This document shows positions 30,110 to 40,096 of a DNA stretch of 64,000 bases, piece by piece; positions within the stretch are counted from its first letter, which is position 1, and the number at the start of each line of letters is the position of its first letter. The position numbers and the translations under genes were made by a program. The stretch is from Longimicrobiales bacterium (GTDB lineage: Bacteria > Gemmatimonadota > Gemmatimonadetes > Longimicrobiales > Gaopeijiaceae). The stretch spans positions 1,984,001 to 2,048,000 of the forward strand of contig OZ241869.1 in assembly GCA_965202805.1 (NCBI GenBank). The letters are read 5' to 3'. The notes beneath the pieces are model-generated. The model was not told the DNA's origin. It did not search any database and worked only from the letters and a program-made list of their open reading frames with translations.

Positions 30110-33100
30110 ATGCAGATCAGGTGCCGCCGGCCTGACAGGCGCTCCCGCGCCCGCCCCTCCCTTCTTCCCGTCCTCTCGCTGCTGCTCGGCGCGCTCGGCC
30201 TGTTCGCCCCCGCGCCCGCGGAGGCGCAGACCGTCACACTGGTGACCAACTTCGGGCAGACCAAGCTCACAGGGACCCGGTTCACCGGCGACAATTCGTT
30301 AGCCCAGGGCTTCACGACGGGGAGCAATTCCGCGGGTTACACGCTGGCGAGCATCGAGGCGATATCGCGCGGAGGCGGGACCGCCGTCCAGGCCGCGACC
30401 GTCCGGGCGGAGCTGTGGTCGGCCACCACGGGTGGAGCGCCGGACTCCAAGATAGCGGATCTGACAATCCCGACGGGTGCGGTGGCGGCAAACGCCACGA
30501 TGTCCTTCGGAGCGCCCGCAAGCACCACGTTGACGGCGAGCACGACCTATTACTTCGTTATTTATACGGTCGGTGCGTTCAACTTGGCTCTGGAAGGTAC
30601 GAGCGCCCACGCCGAGGACAGTGGCGGTCAATCCGGCTGGACGATCGCGGACGCGATACGCTTTCAAGCACGTAGCGATACGCCAAGTGGAGCGAGTTGG
30701 GCCACCGATAGTCAGGGTGCCATCGCCCTGATACGCGTGAAGGGCGCGGCCCAGCAGAACACCACCGACGCCAACCTTTCCGCCCTGACGGCGTCGAGCC
30801 ACACGAGTGCGACGGGGACGTTCACGGCGCTGACGCTGTCGCCGGCCTTCGCGGCGGACACGACGAGCTACAGGGCGCAGGTGTTGAACGCGAGGACGCA
30901 CCTGAAGCTCACCCCGACGGTGAACAATTCGAGCGCCACGGTGAAGGTGGGCAAGCAGGGGACCACGCTGGCCACGGTCACCAGCGGCTCGGCGAGCGCC
31001 GCCATCGCGCTCTCGGTGGGCTCGAACGCGATCACGGTCGAGGTCACCGCCGCGGACGGCACCACGAAGAAGACCTACACCGTGACGGTGAGGCGGCTCG
31101 CCTCCGGCCAGGTCTGGGCGGCGAGGTTCACGCCGGCGACGATTACTGTCGGTACGGGGGGATTCGGCTGCTTAAACAAGGACCAATGCGATGCGCAGCT
31201 GACCGACAACGGCTTTACGGTCGGTGGCACGGACTATCATTTCACAGCCCTTTTTGACGCCAACCTGGGTACAGGTGTCACCACCCCTCTGCAATTTAGG
31301 CTAAACGCTGCCCCAAACTCTGCACTTCAGGCGCTCAAGCTCTGCATAGGGACAAACGAATATACGATTGGGATAAGCTTTAGTCAGACCTTCACCACCG
31401 ACCCCGGCCTCTCCACCACCCCGGTCTCCGTCAGCATCGGCACGTCCTGCGCGCAGCAGACGCAGACGCAGTCCACCGACGCGACCCTGTCGGGCCTGGC
31501 GGCGACGACCAGCACGAGCGCGTCGGGCGCGTTCACGTCGCTGAACATCGGCACGTTCTCCTCGGGCACCACGTCGTACACGGCGTCGGTGGCCAATTCC
31601 ATCACCCACGTGAAGCTGACCCCGACGGTGGCGCACTCGGCGGCGACGGTCACGGTGGCGGGCACTGGGGTCACCAGCGGCACGGCCAGCGGCGCCATCG
31701 CCCTCACCGTGGGGAGCAACGCGCTGTCGGTGGTCGTGACGGCCGAGGACGGCACCACGACGCGGACCTACACCGTGACCATCACGCGGGCGGCGGCGCA
31801 GTCGTCGAACGCGAACCTGAGCGCTCTGACGGCCACCACCTCCACGAGTTCCACGGGGACGTTCACGGCGCTGACGCTGACGCCCTCGCCGTTCTCGGCG
31901 GCGACGACGAGCTACACGGCGACGGTGGCGAACGCGAGGACGCACGCGAAGGTGACGCCGACGGTGGCGCACAGCTCGGCGACGGTGACGGTGAGCGGGA
32001 CGGCGGTGACGAGCGGCACGGCGAGCGGTGCGATCGCGCTGAGCGTGGGGTCCAACGCGATCACGGTGCGGGTGACGGCCCAGGACGGGACGACGACGAA
32101 GGACTACACCGTGACCATCACGCGGCAGGCGGCGGCGTCGTCGAACGCGAACCTGAGCGGGCTCGCGGCCACCACCTCCACGAGTTCCACGGGGACGTTC
32201 ACGGCGCTGAACATCGGCACGTTCGCCTCGGGCACCACGAGCTACACGGCGACGGTGGCGAACGCGAGGACGCACGCGAAGGTGACGCCGACGGTGGCGC
32301 ACGGCTCGGCGACGGTGACGGTGAACGGGACGGCGGTGACGAGCGGCTCGGCGAGCGCCGCGATCGCGCTCACCGTGGGGTCCAACGCGATCACGGTGCG
32401 GGTGACGGCCCAGGACGGGACGACGACGAAGGACTACACCGTGACCATCACGCGGCAGGCGCCGGACGCGCCGCCTGCGGTGTCGCTGTCGGCGTCGCCG
32501 AACCCGGTGGGCGAGGGCTCGGACGTGACGGTGACGGCGACGCTCTCGAAGGCGCTGTCGGCGGCAGTGACGATCCCGCTGACGCTGACGGCGGGCACGG
32601 CGGAGGCGGGGGATTACGGCGCGCTGGCGTCGATCACGGTTGCGTCGGGCGCGACCAGCGGCACGGGCACGATCACGACGAGCCAGGACACGGACGACGA
32701 ACACGAGACGTTCACGGTGGCGCTCGGGAGCCTGCCGTCGTCGGTGACCGCGGGCACCCCGACCTCGGTCGAGGTGAGGATTACGGACTCCGGCGCGGTG
32801 GACGCGACGCTGACGGCGAGCCCGCTTCGCCCGGCGGAGGGCCGGACGGCGACGCTGATAGCGCGGCTTTCGCAGCCTGCGCCGGCGGGCGGGATCACGC
32901 TGCACTTCTGGACGACCGGCGGCACGGCGTCGCGGGGCGGCGACTTCACGCTCGAGCCGGCGCCGCCCGGCAACTTCGTCGACCGGACGGCGGACATCGT
33001 GATCGCCGAGGGTAACCGCACCGCGCAGGGGCGGGTCGTGATCGTCGCCGACGACGAGGACGAGGAGGACGAGACGATCATCATGACGGTGGTCGGTCCC

Positions 33101-35899
33101 TGGGGCTCGGCGCCGGAGATCACGCTGACGATTCCGGCGAACGCCCCCTCCGGGCCGCCGCTGACGCTGTCGGCGAGCACGCGGCGACCGCGGGAGGGCT
33201 CGCAGGTGACGTTGACGGCGGTCCTGAGGGACCCGGCGCCGGCGGGCGGGGTGACGGTGACGTTCTTCGCCGAGGGGGTGGGCGACAGCCCCGCGACCGC
33301 GGAGCTGGACTACACGCTCGATCCGCCGCATCCGTCGGGCGCGGCGACCGTTACGGCGGACATCGTGATCCCCGAGGGTTCGCGGGGGACCAGGGCGACC
33401 CTGAGCGTGCTGGAGGACGGCGAGCCCGAGGGCGACGAGTTGATCGAGATCGGGGTGGCCACCACCCCGTCGACGTACACGTCTCCCGTCGACACGCTGA
33501 CGATCCCGGGCAACGACACCTACGCGCCGGAGGTCTGGCTCGGGGCGTCTCCGAACCCCGTCGGCGAGGGCGACACGGTGACCGTGACGGCGTTCCTGTC
33601 GGGGGCGCTCGATGCCGCGGTGACGGTCCCGGTGCGGACGGTGCGGGGCACGTCGGAGTCGGGCGACCACGGCACGCTGTCGAGCATACGGATCGCGGCG
33701 GGCGAGACGGCCGGCGATGGCCGGATCGCGACGCGCCAGGACTCCGACGGGGACGACGAGACGTTCTCGGTGGTGTTGCGCGCCCTGCCGGCGTCGTTGC
33801 GGGCGGGCGACCCGGACTCGGTCGAGGTGACGATCGAGGACGACGACGAGGGGCCCCCGGCGGTCCGGCTCGAAGCGTATCCGAACCCGGTCGCGGAGGG
33901 CGACACGGTGACGGTCGAGGCGCGGCTGTCGGTGGGGCTCGACGGCGCGGTGACGATCCCGGTGCGGACGGTGCGGGGCACGTCGGAGTCGGGCGACCAC
34001 GGCACGCTGTCGAGCATACGGATCGCGGCGGGACAGATCGTCGGCGAGGGCCGGATCTGGACGGCGCGGGACTCGGACTCGGACGCGGAGACCTTCACGG
34101 TCGGGCTGGGCAGCCTGCCCTCGTCGGTCTCGGCGGGCAGCCCGGACGAGGTCGAGATCACGATCTCCGACGACGCCGCGCCCTCGGTGTGGCTGGAGGC
34201 GTATCCGAACCCGGTCGCGGAGGGCGACACGGTGACGGTCGAGGCGTTCCTGACGGAGACGTTCGATCGCGCGGTGACGATCCCGGTGCGGACGGCGCGG
34301 GGCTCGTCGGAGTCGGGCGACCACGGCACGCTGTCCGGGATCCGGATCGCGGCGGGCGAGGCGTCCGGGGAGGGCCGGATCTGGACGGCCGCGGATGTGG
34401 ACGGCGACGACGAGACGTTCACGGTGCGGCTGGGCGGCAACCTGCCGTCGCCGCTGCACGCGGGCAGCCCGGACGAGGTCGAGATCACGATCGCCGACAA
34501 CGGCGGCGGCACCGCGCCGGGCGCCCCGGGGAACCTGCGGGTGACGGCGGGCGACGAGCGGCTCGACCTGACCTGGACGGCGCCCTCGTCGGGGTCGGCC
34601 ACGGACTACACCGTCGAGTACAAGGAGCGCACCGCGTCCGACTGGACGGGGCTCTCCGAGCCCGACTACACGGACACCGAGGCGGCGATCGAGGGCCTCG
34701 TGAACGGCACGCGCTACGACGTGCGCGTGCAGGCCTGGAACGAGCACGGGCCGGGCGCGTGGGCGACCGGCTCGGGCACGCCCACGGGCGGCGGGGGCTC
34801 GAACGCCTCGAACGCGAACCTGCGCGCCCTGACGGTGAGGGTGAGCGAGGGCGAGAACGGCACCTACCGCTCGCTCGCGCTCGTCCCGTCGTTCCGGCAG
34901 TCGGTGACGACGTACGCCACGGCCACGGCGCCGGCCGCGACCACGCACATGAAGCTGACGCCGACGGCGGTCAACGCGAAAGCGCTGATCCTCATTGAAG
35001 GCCACGAGGTGGCCAGCGGCTCGGCGAGCCCGGCCATCGCGGTCGGCCACGGCTGGACGTTCTGGGTCACCGTCATCTCCGAGGACCAGAGCGCGTCCAA
35101 GGAGTACTCGGTCGAGGTGCGGATCGCGCAGGCCTCGGGGGACGCGGCGGGCAGCTTCACGGCGGGTCTGGACGCCGCGCTCGCCGTCGTCGGGCGCCTG
35201 AGCCCGGAGGACGCGGCGGGCGCGCTGCTCGGCGAGCGGAGCCTCGCGGACGAGCGGCTCGAAGCGCTCGACCGGCTCGGCAACGCCAACGGCCGCTACG
35301 ACGTGGGCGACCTCCTGTCGTGGATCGAGCGATGCAAGAGCGGAGGGGCGAGGTGCGGGCCGCCGCCGCAGACGCCACCGCCCGCTTCGGACGCGGCGCT
35401 GCCCGGAGCCGTCGGAGCGGCTGCCACGAAACGGCCGCGGCGGCGCGGGCCGGGAGGAAGGGTGCGCAGGCGGACGCGACCGCGGCGAAGGCTGCGCGGG
35501 CTCGCGGTGCTGCTCGCCGCGGCGCTCTGGTCGTGCGACGGCGGAGGCGTCGTGGACCTGCCCGCGAACGCCGACGTTCCCGTGCCGGGAACCCTCGCCG
35601 TCGAGTGGACGGCCGCGGCGGGAGGCGCGGCGGCGGCGGGCGCGCTCGTCGAGATCGACGGGCCGGACGTGGGTGACGCGCGGACGCCGGGCGGGCTCGA
35701 ACTGTACGCGGCCGGGCAGGCCAACGGGCCGAGGCGGTTCGTGATCGCGGGCGACATGCCGAACGGTCCCGTGTTGGAGTTCGAGGTGCCCGACAGGAGA
35801 CAGGCCGGACTCTACACCGTCCGCGTCGTCGAGGTCGCCGGGGAGGACCACCGGCTGCTGGACACGGACCGGTACCGGGCGGGGATCGCGTCGAACTGA
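30110..35899 (+). CDS. Giant secreted repetitive surface protein/adhesin (5 cadherin-like beta-sandwich repeats, Calx-beta-like repeats, FN3); in-frame upstream start also at 29843
   Basis: AGGAGG RBS and signal peptide ending PAEAQ; (D/N)A(N/T)LS.L...VTAxDG.T.K.YTVT repeats; PNPV.EG..VTV...D.DDETF repeats; APGNL.V......LTW...Y.V.Y...Y.VRVQA.N FN3. Confidence 0.88.
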   Translation: MQIRCRRPDRRSRARPSLLPVLSLLLGALGLFAPAPAEAQTVTLVTNFGQTKLTGTRFTGDNSLAQGFTTGSNSAGYTLASIEAISRGGGTAVQAATVRAELWSATTGGAPDSKIADLTIPTGAVAANATMSFGAPASTTLTASTTYYFVIYTVGAFNLALEGTSAHAEDSGGQSGWTIADAIRFQARSDTPSGASWATDSQGAIALIRVKGAAQQNTTDANLSALTASSHTSATGTFTALTLSPAFAADTTSYRAQVLNARTHLKLTPTVNNSSATVKVGKQGTTLATVTSGSASAAIALSVGSNAITVEVTAADGTTKKTYTVTVRRLASGQVWAARFTPATITVGTGGFGCLNKDQCDAQLTDNGFTVGGTDYHFTALFDANLGTGVTTPLQFRLNAAPNSALQALKLCIGTNEYTIGISFSQTFTTDPGLSTTPVSVSIGTSCAQQTQTQSTDATLSGLAATTSTSASGAFTSLNIGTFSSGTTSYTASVANSITHVKLTPTVAHSAATVTVAGTGVTSGTASGAIALTVGSNALSVVVTAEDGTTTRTYTVTITRAAAQSSNANLSALTATTSTSSTGTFTALTLTPSPFSAATTSYTATVANARTHAKVTPTVAHSSATVTVSGTAVTSGTASGAIALSVGSNAITVRVTAQDGTTTKDYTVTITRQAAASSNANLSGLAATTSTSSTGTFTALNIGTFASGTTSYTATVANARTHAKVTPTVAHGSATVTVNGTAVTSGSASAAIALTVGSNAITVRVTAQDGTTTKDYTVTITRQAPDAPPAVSLSASPNPVGEGSDVTVTATLSKALSAAVTIPLTLTAGTAEAGDYGALASITVASGATSGTGTITTSQDTDDEHETFTVALGSLPSSVTAGTPTSVEVRITDSGAVDATLTASPLRPAEGRTATLIARLSQPAPAGGITLHFWTTGGTASRGGDFTLEPAPPGNFVDRTADIVIAEGNRTAQGRVVIVADDEDEEDETIIMTVVGPWGSAPEITLTIPANAPSGPPLTLSASTRRPREGSQVTLTAVLRDPAPAGGVTVTFFAEGVGDSPATAELDYTLDPPHPSGAATVTADIVIPEGSRGTRATLSVLEDGEPEGDELIEIGVATTPSTYTSPVDTLTIPGNDTYAPEVWLGASPNPVGEGDTVTVTAFLSGALDAAVTVPVRTVRGTSESGDHGTLSSIRIAAGETAGDGRIATRQDSDGDDETFSVVLRALPASLRAGDPDSVEVTIEDDDEGPPAVRLEAYPNPVAEGDTVTVEARLSVGLDGAVTIPVRTVRGTSESGDHGTLSSIRIAAGQIVGEGRIWTARDSDSDAETFTVGLGSLPSSVSAGSPDEVEITISDDAAPSVWLEAYPNPVAEGDTVTVEAFLTETFDRAVTIPVRTARGSSESGDHGTLSGIRIAAGEASGEGRIWTAADVDGDDETFTVRLGGNLPSPLHAGSPDEVEITIADNGGGTAPGAPGNLRVTAGDERLDLTWTAPSSGSATDYTVEYKERTASDWTGLSEPDYTDTEAAIEGLVNGTRYDVRVQAWNEHGPGAWATGSGTPTGGGGSNASNANLRALTVRVSEGENGTYRSLALVPSFRQSVTTYATATAPAATTHMKLTPTAVNAKALILIEGHEVASGSASPAIAVGHGWTFWVTVISEDQSASKEYSVEVRIAQASGDAAGSFTAGLDAALAVVGRLSPEDAAGALLGERSLADERLEALDRLGNANGRYDVGDLLSWIERCKSGGARCGPPPQTPPPASDAALPGAVGAAATKRPRRRGPGGRVRRRTRPRRRLRGLAVLLAAALWSCDGGGVVDLPANADVPVPGTLAVEWTAAAGGAAAAGALVEIDGPDVGDARTPGGLELYAAGQANGPRRFVIAGDMPNGPVLEFEVPDRRQAGLYTVRVVEVAGEDHRLLDTDRYRAGIASN

Positions 35900-36421
35900 A
35901 GCCTTCGGGCTAGGGTGACCCCCCGGCGTGCGCGCTGCGGCTCGTGCGCGCCGGGGGGTCGGACGTTGCGGCAACGCCGCCGAGCGGCCCGGGGCTCGCC
36001 GGTGGACGGTCCGGCGGAACGAGGCGCGCCCTTCGGCGGCGCCATCCCGGCGCCCGCGAACGACGGCCCGCCGCTGTAGCGCCGCTCGTCTGCGGCACCT
36101 TCCGTGACGCGCCCGCACGGGCGCTTCGCGGGATCTCCCTCCACGCCGGCATCCCGGCGACCCGCCTCCTAAACCCAAAGACCGTCCCCGCCGGAACCGG
36201 CGGCCCGGCTTCCCGGACGACATCCCACTCCCGCGGCGTTCGAGACCTGCCGCGCACCGGCCCGGCGGCTCCCGCACGGCCGTTTCAGGGCCCGGCCTTC
36301 CGGCCGGAGTCCACCCCCCTTCGCCGGACCTCCAGGACGCCCCCCGGGGGCGCACCGCCACCGCAGTGGCGGCGGCCTCCGACACGTCTGGGACAACCTG
36401 GGATAACCATAGACACCAGAG

Positions 36422-36445
36422 ACACTTAGGAGATCTCCTAAGTGT
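36422..36445. promoter_or_regulatory. Perfect 24-bp palindrome abutting a TTGACT -35, upstream of the transfer operon
   Basis: ACACTTAGGAGATCTCCTAAGTGT. Confidence 0.65.
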
Positions 36446-36507
36446 TGACTTCCCCCAAAAGGTCCTTTCACCGTTACGGGCCTGAACGCGGCTGGAACGG
36501 CAGTCGA

Positions 36508-37041
36508 ATGGCGACGCTGGAGGAGCAATTCAACACACGAATCGGCGGGTTTCTCGACGACACGGGCATGGCGCCGACGACGCTCGGCATGCTGGCGGTG
36601 GGCGACCCGAATCTGATGCGCCAGATCGAGCGGGGCCGCTCGTTGACGCTCAGGACGGCGGACCGGGTGGTCGCGTTCATCGACGACTACGAGCGGGTCG
36701 CGGGCGGCGCCGAGGCTCCGCCCGCCCGACCGCGCAGACGGAGGCCCGCCATGTGGGCGAGGCGGGAGAGCAAGATGCAGCGGAGCGGAGCGATGACGAA
36801 CGAACGCAGCAACGAGCGGACGAACCCGGCGACCCGTCTCCTGCGGATCTCGGAAGTGCAGGCCCGGACGGGCCTGGGGCGGAGCACGATTTACCGGTGG
36901 GCGGCCGAGGGCCGCTTCCCGCGGCCGGTCCGGCTGGGCGGGCGCGTCGCGCGCTGGGTCGAGGCCGAGGTGGACGAGTGGCTCCGGAAATGGCTGGAGA
37001 GGCGCCGGGGCGTCGAGGTCCCGGCGGCGGCACGCAACTGA
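36508..37041 (+). CDS. HTH regulator fused to an AlpA domain
   Basis: N-terminal GMAPTTLGMLAVGDPNLMRQIERGRSLTLRTADRV; C-terminal LLRISEVQARTGLGRSTIYRW...FPRPVRLGGR. Confidence 0.75.
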   Translation: MATLEEQFNTRIGGFLDDTGMAPTTLGMLAVGDPNLMRQIERGRSLTLRTADRVVAFIDDYERVAGGAEAPPARPRRRRPAMWARRESKMQRSGAMTNERSNERTNPATRLLRISEVQARTGLGRSTIYRWAAEGRFPRPVRLGGRVARWVEAEVDEWLRKWLERRRGVEVPAAARN

Positions 37042-37063
37042 ACTCCCAAGGAGGAGAGAGAGC

Positions 37064-37351
37064 ATGAGAACGTTGTCGAGAACGCTGCGAGGGGCCGCCT
37101 GGGCCGCGCTGCTGATGCTGACGCCCGGCGCGCTGACGGCGCAGGGCACGAGCCCGTGGGTCGACGCGGTGACCGAGCTTCAGACACAGTTCACCGGTCC
37201 GATCGCGCGCGGGCTGTCGCTGATCGCGATCGTGGTGGGCGGCCTGATGTTCGCGTTCGGCGAAGGCGGGAGCAAGCGCACGCTGGCCGGGATCATCTTC
37301 GGGATCGGGATGGCCGTGGGCGCGGTCAACTTCCTCGGCTGGCTGTTCTGA
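37064..37351 (+). CDS. virB2: TrbC/VirB2 pilin
   Basis: Signal peptide, PW...L...FTGPIA..LSLIAIVVGGL; first gene of the T4SS cluster. Confidence 0.85.
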   Translation: MRTLSRTLRGAAWAALLMLTPGALTAQGTSPWVDAVTELQTQFTGPIARGLSLIAIVVGGLMFAFGEGGSKRTLAGIIFGIGMAVGAVNFLGWLF

Positions 37352-37656
37352 TGCGGGGCCTCGCGCGCTGGCCGGGCTACGCGGCGCTCAACCGTCCGCT
37401 GACGGTGCTGGGCGTCGAGCGGCGGCTGTTCCTGCTGGGCGCGACGCTCGCCGTCGCGGTGTGGAACGCGACCGCTTCGCTGGTGGCGGGCGGCCTGGTG
37501 TTCGCGGGCTGCTACGGCGCGGGCTGGCTCGCTGGCCGGAGGGACCCGGCCATGCTCGCGGTGCTCCGGGCGGCCGCCCGGTATCCGGCCCGGTTCGATC
37601 CGGGCAAGTGGGCGCACGAGCCGTGGCACCTCCGCATCCGGGCGGGCTCGAAGTGA
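37351..37656 (+). CDS. virB3: VirB3/TrbD
   Basis: ALNRPLTVLGVERR, two TM segments, RDP; coupled to neighbours. Confidence 0.8.
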   Translation: MRGLARWPGYAALNRPLTVLGVERRLFLLGATLAVAVWNATASLVAGGLVFAGCYGAGWLAGRRDPAMLAVLRAAARYPARFDPGKWAHEPWHLRIRAGSK

Positions 37657-40091
37657 GGGCCGCCGCCGAACGCCGCGCCTGGGAGGCGGCGGGCTCGCTG
37701 GCCGAGGAGCTGCCCTACTGGGGCTGGCTCGAGGACGGCCGCACCTGCCTGACCCGTTCGGGCGAACTGATCGCGGCGGGCCGGATCCGGCCCGCCGTGG
37801 TGGACGGCCGCACGCCGGAACAGATCGACCGCGTGCTGGGCCTCTGGCAGCGGCTGCTGTCGGGGCTCGGGTCCGGCACGCGCCTCCAGTTCCACATGCT
37901 CCGGCGCCCGAGCCGCGCCGGGAGTCCGCGGGACGGCGGTTCGGACATCGCGTCCGTCTCGGCGGCCAAGCGCCGCGCGTTCCTCGCCGAGCGCGTGCAG
38001 CGGCTCGACGCCTACGCCGTCTGGTCGCACGACCCCGGCCTTCGCCCGGTGGCCGAGGGCGCGCGGCGGGGACCGCTCTCCCGGCTCACGGGATGGAGGA
38101 AGCGCCGCCGGAGCGCGCCGGCCTACCTCGCGTCCGAGATCGAGGCGGGCGCGGACCGGTTCCGGGCGATGGTCGAGGCGGGCCGCTCGCTCGTGGCCGA
38201 GCACACGCCCGTCGAGATGCTGGAAGCGGTCGAGGCGTCCCGGCTTCTTTCCGAGCTGACGAACAGGCCCGGCACGTTCTGGGACGGCGCGACGGGCAGC
38301 GGCATGAACTGGCGGCTCGCGCTCTCGGAACTGGAGGCCGAGCGCAGTCACCTCCGCCTCGACGGCGAGCCGGTGATCCTGTATTCGCTGCTGTCGCCCC
38401 CGGGCCAGGCGCACGCGAACCTGCTCCGCGACCTCTACTGCCTGGACGCGGCGCTGACCGTCTCGCTCGAATGGCGGCCGTGGACGGTCGAGAAGGCGCG
38501 GCGCCGGATCCGGAGCGCGCAGCGCCACTACTTCGCGCGCCGCTACTCGATGATGGCGCACGCGCAGGATGCGCAGGGCACGGCCGCGGCGATGGTCGAT
38601 TCGGCCGCGGCGGCCGAGTCGGACCGGCTGGGCGGCGCGCTCGTCGAACTCGAAGCCGACGGCGTGGCCTACGGCGAGGTTTCGCTGACCGTCGCGCTTC
38701 ACGGCGAACTCGAAGGGATCGAGCGGCTGGACGGCGACGTGCGACGGCTGTTCGCCGCGCACGACGCGAAGGTTGTCCGGGAGGGCTACGGCCAGCTCCC
38801 TGTGTGGTTCGCGCGGCTCCCGGCCCAGCCGCCGGGGCGGCAGATCCGCACCGTGTTCGTCTCGGCCGGGCTCGCCGCGTGCCTCGCGCCGGTGTTCGGG
38901 CCGCCGAGGGGCTCGGAGAGGAGCGGCCACCTGGGCCGCGAGGCGCTCGCGGTGTTCGAGACGCCGTGGCGGACGGCCTACCACTACGACCTGTTCCGCG
39001 GCGACGTGGGCCACACGCTGATCCTCGGAGCGACGGGCTCGGGCAAGAGCTTCGCGCTCAACTTCCTGCTGGTCGAGGCGCTCAAGTACGAACCCCGCGT
39101 GCTGATCCTCGACCTGGGCGGCTCGTACCGCTGGCTGACCCGGTTCCTCGGGGGCTCGTATCTGGAGCTCACCCCCGGAAGCGCGAAGTCCGGCCTCCGG
39201 CTCCAGCCGTTCGCGCTGCCCCCGACGACGCGGACGTTCCAGTTCCTGACCGGCTGGGTGCTGCGGCTGCTGAAGCTCGGGGGCTACGAGGCCGGGGGCG
39301 CGGACACGAGCGAGATCCGCGCGCGGATCGAGGACCTGTACGCGCTCGGGGCGGAGCGCCGCACCCTGAGCGTGCTCACGGGTTCGCTCCCGGCCGCGAT
39401 GTGGCCGGCGCTGAGCCGCTGGACGGAGGGCGGCGCGTGGGGCGCGTACTTCGACAACCCCCCGTCGGACGGGCCGGACATCGAGTTCCGCGACTGGCAG
39501 GTGATCGATCTGGCCGGCGCCGCCGAGCACGCGGACCTGTGCGAGGCCGCGCTCTCGTACCTGCTGGAGCGGATGCGCCTCGAGATCGAGGACCCTCGCG
39601 AAGCCGCGCGGCTCAAGCTGATGGTCGTGGACGAGGCGTGGCGGTACATGCAGGACCCCGCCGTGCTCGCCTACCTGGCCGAGGCGGCCAAGACGTGGCG
39701 CAAGAAGAACGCCGCGCTCGTGCTCGCGACGCAGTCCGCCGTGGACGTGACGGGGACGGCGGGCGCCGCCGCGCTGCTGGAGTCGATCCCGACCAAGCTG
39801 TTCCTCGCCAACCCCGAACTCCCGGACGAGGCCGGGGCGCTGTTCCGGCTGAACGAGTCGGAGGTGGCCCGCATCCGGGAACTCGCGCCGAAGCGCGAAC
39901 TCTACCTCCGGCGGCCGGACGAGGCGGCGGTGCTCCGGCTCGAAGTCGATCCCGAGAGCTACTGGCTCTACACCTCGTCGCCGCTCGACGCCGAGAGACG
40001 CGCCGATGCCGTCGCGAGGCACGGCCTGCCGCGCGGGCTCGAAGCGCTCGCGAACCCGGCCCGTCCCACCCCACTCACCGAGAGGACGTGA
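37653..40091 (+). CDS. virB4: VirB4/TrbE ATPase
   Basis: DVGHTLILGATGSGKS, VVDEAW, WRKKNAALVLATQS. Confidence 0.92.
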   Translation: MRAAAERRAWEAAGSLAEELPYWGWLEDGRTCLTRSGELIAAGRIRPAVVDGRTPEQIDRVLGLWQRLLSGLGSGTRLQFHMLRRPSRAGSPRDGGSDIASVSAAKRRAFLAERVQRLDAYAVWSHDPGLRPVAEGARRGPLSRLTGWRKRRRSAPAYLASEIEAGADRFRAMVEAGRSLVAEHTPVEMLEAVEASRLLSELTNRPGTFWDGATGSGMNWRLALSELEAERSHLRLDGEPVILYSLLSPPGQAHANLLRDLYCLDAALTVSLEWRPWTVEKARRRIRSAQRHYFARRYSMMAHAQDAQGTAAAMVDSAAAAESDRLGGALVELEADGVAYGEVSLTVALHGELEGIERLDGDVRRLFAAHDAKVVREGYGQLPVWFARLPAQPPGRQIRTVFVSAGLAACLAPVFGPPRGSERSGHLGREALAVFETPWRTAYHYDLFRGDVGHTLILGATGSGKSFALNFLLVEALKYEPRVLILDLGGSYRWLTRFLGGSYLELTPGSAKSGLRLQPFALPPTTRTFQFLTGWVLRLLKLGGYEAGGADTSEIRARIEDLYALGAERRTLSVLTGSLPAAMWPALSRWTEGGAWGAYFDNPPSDGPDIEFRDWQVIDLAGAAEHADLCEAALSYLLERMRLEIEDPREAARLKLMVVDEAWRYMQDPAVLAYLAEAAKTWRKKNAALVLATQSAVDVTGTAGAAALLESIPTKLFLANPELPDEAGALFRLNESEVARIRELAPKRELYLRRPDEAAVLRLEVDPESYWLYTSSPLDAERRADAVARHGLPRGLEALANPARPTPLTERT

Positions 40092-40096
40092 ACACC

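Noticed and set aside
31301..36385. 1694-aa minus-strand ORF, and similar long antisense ORFs (e.g. 26829-28703, 37512-40022, 54443-56692)
   Set aside because: Arg/Pro/Gly-rich shadows of real high-GC genes on the opposite strand, with no recognisable motifs
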